The notes under the pieces: generated by a model
Seen by the model: only the letters and a program-made list of their open reading frames with translations
What the model was told of the DNA's origin: nothing
Databases searched by the model: none
Position numbers and translations under genes: made by a program
Shown here: one piece after another, positions 60,071-64,000 of the stretch
Position numbering within the stretch: the first letter of the stretch is position 1
Layout of the letters: each line of letters begins with the position of its first letter
Source: Oceanispirochaeta sp.
Lineage (GTDB): Bacteria; Spirochaetota; Spirochaetia; DSM-2461
DNA length: 64,000 bases
Assembly (NCBI GenBank): GCA_963666275.2
Contig: CAXXOA010000002.1
Location: forward strand, 1,920,001 to 1,984,000
Direction of reading: 5' to 3'

Positions 60071-61402
60071 TTAATAGGACAAAGAGCTTGTGATGATAAT
60101 CTCGTATTTATCAAAATCCGAGAAGGCCAGGTCGTTGGAAAGATCCACCGCCAGGGTGCCCCTTGCGTGGAGGCTGTTCAGTTTATCCAGATAGAGGATA
60201 AAGTCGGCTCCCGTTCCGTAACGGAAGTCCTGTTCTTTGTCGAATGCTTCGCCTTCCCGTTTGGTAAGACCCATATCAAAGAAGGGCTGGAACTGGGCTT
60301 CTCCGACGCCTTCCCACTGGATCACTCCCACAGTCAGGTCGTGGCTCATGAAAACACCGGATATTCCGTACATGGAGCTGTTCGTCGGGCCTCTGAGGTA
60401 TTCATCCATTCCCGAGAGTTCATCCTGAAAGCTGAAGACTCCGTAGAGGCGGTTGGAATAGTTCAGCCTCTTATGGAGAATCTTATAGTATTTCTCTTCC
60501 GCATCGATAGTAAATTTCAGGCCATTGTAGTCTTCCGTATCCGGACGGAACACATAGGCTACGCTGTTGCCGGCGGTCAGGCTGAATCCTTCCCTGAAAT
60601 TCTTCTTCCAGTCCACCGCGCTGTAGCCGCCGCTGTGGCTGAATTTCAGATAGTAAGGTTCTTTCTCGTAATTGAAACCGCTGTCGCCGTAATTGAAACC
60701 GATGGAGGGGCTGATCCTGTAATAGTAGTCATTCCCCAGGTCGTATTTGGTAGAGATGGAAAAATCACTGTTATAGTAGTTATGCTCTTCTATGAGGGTC
60801 CCATCTTTCTCTGATTTCTCATTTGTTACGTATTGCTGCATAAAGCCGAAGTCGTACTCTTTGTCTCCGATTTTGACATCATTCAATTGAGGATTGAAGG
60901 TCCAGGCTCCCGGGGTGAAACTCTCTTCTTCTTCATCCCACTGGAGGTCCAGGTTCATGCCCAGATAGAAGTTGTTCATACTGCCCAGAGCATTGTCGTA
61001 AAATAGTTTCAATCCCACCCGGAATCCGACGCCGGTCTCATACTTGGGATAGGGTATGGGAAGGATCGTCCAGGTATCCTCAAGGAAAATATCTACAGTG
61101 TAGTAGGTTGTCTCTTCCTCGGTCCTGAGTTTCCGGGTATGCATCTGAACGCCTCCCGGGTTGAATACTCTTGTATTGATAAGGTCCTGTTCCTGATCGG
61201 AAACAGCGGCAACAAGGGCTTCGTAGGAGGGGAAAACCTGCCCCTCCTGAAGATTCATCTCTTTTCTGAGGGCCTTTTCTTTGGTGATGCCGTCTATATT
61301 GATATCGAATTGTTCGATTATATGTTGTTCTTCTGCGAATAGCGCAGTAAAGAAGAGGAGATTCAGCAGTATTGCCAGTTTTTTTAAGTCTATTTTTTTC
61401 AT
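60071..61402 (-). CDS. Outer-membrane protein with single POTRA-like domain and beta-barrel
   Basis: Signal peptide; G.TKE..L...L..G..F...L....Q.L.N.R.F; DTWTILPIPYPKY; C-terminal aromatic residue. Confidence 0.7.
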   Translation of the reverse strand: MKKIDLKKLAILLNLLFFTALFAEEQHIIEQFDINIDGITKEKALRKEMNLQEGQVFPSYEALVAAVSDQEQDLINTRVFNPGGVQMHTRKLRTEEETTYYTVDIFLEDTWTILPIPYPKYETGVGFRVGLKLFYDNALGSMNNFYLGMNLDLQWDEEEESFTPGAWTFNPQLNDVKIGDKEYDFGFMQQYVTNEKSEKDGTLIEEHNYYNSDFSISTKYDLGNDYYYRISPSIGFNYGDSGFNYEKEPYYLKFSHSGGYSAVDWKKNFREGFSLTAGNSVAYVFRPDTEDYNGLKFTIDAEEKYYKILHKRLNYSNRLYGVFSFQDELSGMDEYLRGPTNSSMYGISGVFMSHDLTVGVIQWEGVGEAQFQPFFDMGLTKREGEAFDKEQDFRYGTGADFILYLDKLNSLHARGTLAVDLSNDLAFSDFDKYEIIITSSLSY

Positions 61403-61475
61403 AAGCTACCCTATCATGGAGATTTGAATTTCAGCAAGCCTTTACGGAAGGGTATTCCGTGACTATACTGTCTCC

Positions 61476-62486
61476 ATGGAAATAATTAGAGAATTTATCT
61501 TTGGCGGATTTCCCTGCCGGGCCGCCCTGTATAATAAAAGCGAGATCCTTCCCGAAGACACGGATCTTCTGGTGGGAGATAGGAATACTCTGTCTCTTAT
61601 TACAACACATGATAACCTTGAAATCGTTACACTTTCTCCCGGAGAAAAAGAAAAACAGTGGCCTGCGGTAGAATCAATCCTCAAAAAGGCCATGGAAAAG
61701 GGTATGGCCAGGGATTCACTGATCACAGGTATCGGCGGCGGAGTCGTTACCGACATGACAGCTTTTGCCTCCAGTCTCTATATGAGGGGCTGCCGGCTCA
61801 TCCTCATTCCCACAACACTCCTTGCCATGGTGGATGCCGCCCTGGGCGGGAAAACGGGAATCGATGCGGGTGTCTATAAAAATATGATCGGAAGTTTCTA
61901 TCCCGCTGCCGAAGTCAGAATCTGCCCGGAATTTCTCCAGTCTCTTTCAGACCGAGAATTTCTGAACGGTCTGGCCGAGGTTATCAAAACAGCCATCATC
62001 GGAGATCCGGAGCTTCTGGTTCTTATGCAGGAGAAAAAAGAGGAAATCCTGAAACGGGATCCTCAAATCCTGGGCCGGCTTATCCGGAGCTGTATCCTCG
62101 TGAAGGGAGCTCTGGTGGAAGAAGATCTCAGGGAAAAAGGCCGACGGGCCCTTTTGAACCTGGGGCACACTTTCGGACATGCTCTGGAAGCGGTCACCGA
62201 TTTCGAATGGTCCCACGGCGCCGGTGTCGCCTGGGGAATGGGCAAAGCCCTGGATGCCTCAGTAAAACTGGGCCTGGCCGATTCCGCCTGGGCCTCGGAG
62301 ATGAAAAACATGATGCTGGATTACGGTTTCGCCCTGGAAGCCTTTGCCGATAAAGAAGCGATTCTGAAAGCCATGACAATGGATAAAAAGAAAAAAGCGG
62401 GAAAACTCAGGTATATTCTGCCTGTGGCTCCCGGCGACGTTCGGATAAAAACCCTGGACGAGGAGTTTGTCCGTTCCGTCCTGTAG
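61476..62486 (+). CDS. aroB: 3-dehydroquinate synthase
   Basis: GGGVVTD, PTTLLAMVDAALGGKTG, KNMIG, LNLGHTFGHALE, HG. Confidence 0.93.
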   Translation: MEIIREFIFGGFPCRAALYNKSEILPEDTDLLVGDRNTLSLITTHDNLEIVTLSPGEKEKQWPAVESILKKAMEKGMARDSLITGIGGGVVTDMTAFASSLYMRGCRLILIPTTLLAMVDAALGGKTGIDAGVYKNMIGSFYPAAEVRICPEFLQSLSDREFLNGLAEVIKTAIIGDPELLVLMQEKKEEILKRDPQILGRLIRSCILVKGALVEEDLREKGRRALLNLGHTFGHALEAVTDFEWSHGAGVAWGMGKALDASVKLGLADSAWASEMKNMMLDYGFALEAFADKEAILKAMTMDKKKKAGKLRYILPVAPGDVRIKTLDEEFVRSVL

Positions 62487-62580
62487 GGGCAGACCGTTTA
62501 AAAAGGAAGAGTGGGAAACGCTGGAGTCGAGAAAGCGGTAAGTGCTGTTTCGTTAAGTAAACGTAAACGTGACAGGTCAA

Positions 62581-62608
62581 GTATGGGCGATTCATGAATC
62601 GCCTATAC
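62581..62608. repeat. REP-like palindrome
   Basis: GTATGGGCGATTC-AT-GAATCGCCTATAC. Confidence 0.75.
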
Positions 62609-62698
62609 ACCTAAGCGCAGGTACCGTAAATCCCAGAACTTACCTACTAGTCAGACATTGCTTTCTCTTACTGATACCCGCAGGTTCCTGTAAACTTT

Positions 62699-62740
62699 CT
62701 CCCCTCTCCTTGTGGGAGAGGGGCCGGGGGTGAGGGTCGG
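62699..62740 (-). repeat. CCCTC-type REP just after the hrpA stop
   Basis: CCCCTCTCCTTGTGGGAGAGGGGCCGGGGGTGAGGGTCGG. Confidence 0.85.
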
Positions 62741-62742
62741 TT

Positions 62743-64000
62743 CTAATAACTGATATACGAATCGACCCGTCTGTAGGCTTTATTAATCTTTTCCCAGGAT
62801 TCGGCGGCTATCTCCTGGGATACATCGTCTGCCAGTACTTCCAACGAAGCAAGTGAGTCGTTCACAGCCCTGGTGAATTTGCCCATGGACCGGAACCAGT
62901 AGTGGCCTTCGTCATCGCACTGAAGGGCTATGAATCCAAAGGACTGTTTTTTTCTTTTTCCCGCCCCGGCAATCTTCAATACCATATCCATATGATCCGC
63001 CAGCTCTTTAAGGTGCTGGGGATTTTCTGAATGATAGGTCTTTCCGGGGATACCCTGGATGATATCCTTTTTGGGATTGATGCTCGTTATGACTTTAAAA
63101 ATGAGATCAATCTGGAGGCCCGATACAATCTCCTGGCCTTCCCAGTGAAGGATTCCCTTCATCCCGCTGTAGTCAGGCCACTGTTCGGGAGCCATCTGTT
63201 TCAGCTCCTTCCAGGCGCTGTTCCACTCTATAAGAGCCATTTTTTTCTTTTTCCCTTTGCCCTTGGCGGGGGTAATGACAGGAAATCGGGTTCTGCCAAT
63301 GCTGATTTCCTGGGAGGTATCCCGCTTCTTTTTCTCTTTGTGGCCCTTGATCTGAGGTTCCAGTTTCAGGGCTAGAGATTCGGATGTACGGCTTACAAGG
63401 GCTCTTGTCAGGGGAGATACAGAGCGGGCATAGGTCTGGCTGGTTCTGACGATCTCTCCCGCCACAATGTAGGGAGGGCTTTCGCGGAACATGGTTGATC
63501 CCGGATGAATCAGTATCCTGTCAGCGGTAAGGCTCTGGTAGGATCCCCGGCCCGAACGGATGCAGACAAACTGGATCAGTCCCCGGGCACAGGAGCAGAG
63601 GTAATCGTCCAGGGGGCCACCATGCTGAACAGGTATTCCCATCTCTCTGACAATATCTTCCAGCTGTTCCTGAATATTCACAAGCTCCAGCATGGTCCTC
63701 TCTTCCAGATAGTAGCGCTTGCAGAAACCGGTTTTGTCTCCCGATTTCAGGAACCCGTCGAAGAGTTTCAGATAGGCTACGAAGTCTCCCCGTTTATCCC
63801 TGAAATAGTGATGGGCCTTCCGGGCTTCCATCTCTTCTCCCTGGGGCAGCAGGTAGGGGGAGTTGGTCGACAGGAATGAGGCGGCAATCAGGGTCTCCCT
63901 CAGAACTTCCGGATATTGCATGATCGATTCGGTTATCATCCTGGCAAGGCGGGGCATCAGAGGGAAGGGGGTCATCATCTTTCCCGTCGAGGTCAGACGG
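62743..64000 (-). CDS. hrpA: HrpA-like DEAH RNA helicase, C-terminal part (5' beyond window)
   Basis: LT..GK.M..FPL.PRLARMI (HA2 domain), GDF, IHPGS (OB fold); frame open to window edge. Confidence 0.8.
   Translation of the reverse strand, partial: RLTSTGKMMTPFPLMPRLARMITESIMQYPEVLRETLIAASFLSTNSPYLLPQGEEMEARKAHHYFRDKRGDFVAYLKLFDGFLKSGDKTGFCKRYYLEERTMLELVNIQEQLEDIVREMGIPVQHGGPLDDYLCSCARGLIQFVCIRSGRGSYQSLTADRILIHPGSTMFRESPPYIVAGEIVRTSQTYARSVSPLTRALVSRTSESLALKLEPQIKGHKEKKKRDTSQEISIGRTRFPVITPAKGKGKKKKMALIEWNSAWKELKQMAPEQWPDYSGMKGILHWEGQEIVSGLQIDLIFKVITSINPKKDIIQGIPGKTYHSENPQHLKELADHMDMVLKIAGAGKRKKQSFGFIALQCDDEGHYWFRSMGKFTRAVNDSLASLEVLADDVSQEIAAESWEKINKAYRRVDSYISY

Overview
A 64-kb bacterial chromosomal window, most likely from a free-living spirochaete (Spirochaeta/Oceanispirochaeta-like). 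This is inferred from the type-2 IleRS, the HrpA C-terminus, spirochaete-type lipoproteins and the wHTH regulator. The left part (1-17.3 kb) holds ABC-F, GGDEF-EAL, MFS, a dprA-comM(yifB)-yraN module bracketed by two paralogous coiled-coil genes, and two secreted phosphoesterases. At 17.3-21.4 kb is a rearranged leader zone with two toxin-antitoxin pairs and one intact plus several broken copies of a polysaccharide-associated winged-helix regulator. The broken copies are interrupted by five copies of an ~100-nt, three-hairpin element with compensatory base changes that always inserts after ATT; this is the most unusual signal in the window. At 21.4-39.4 kb is an AT-rich Wzx/Wzy polysaccharide locus with pseudaminic-acid genes (pseB, C, H, I but no pseG), an AKR, an SpsF-aminotransferase fusion, a TIM-barrel metalloenzyme, gnu and wzz. 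It is followed directly by a LolD/2xFtsX/LolA-like/outer-membrane-barrel operon. The right part is housekeeping (GGDEF, ileS, hisHF, thiI, cysteine desulfurase, wecA, aroB, hrpA). Intergenic DNA is full of several REP-like palindrome families, often nested. No rRNA, tRNA, CRISPR array or transposase gene was seen.
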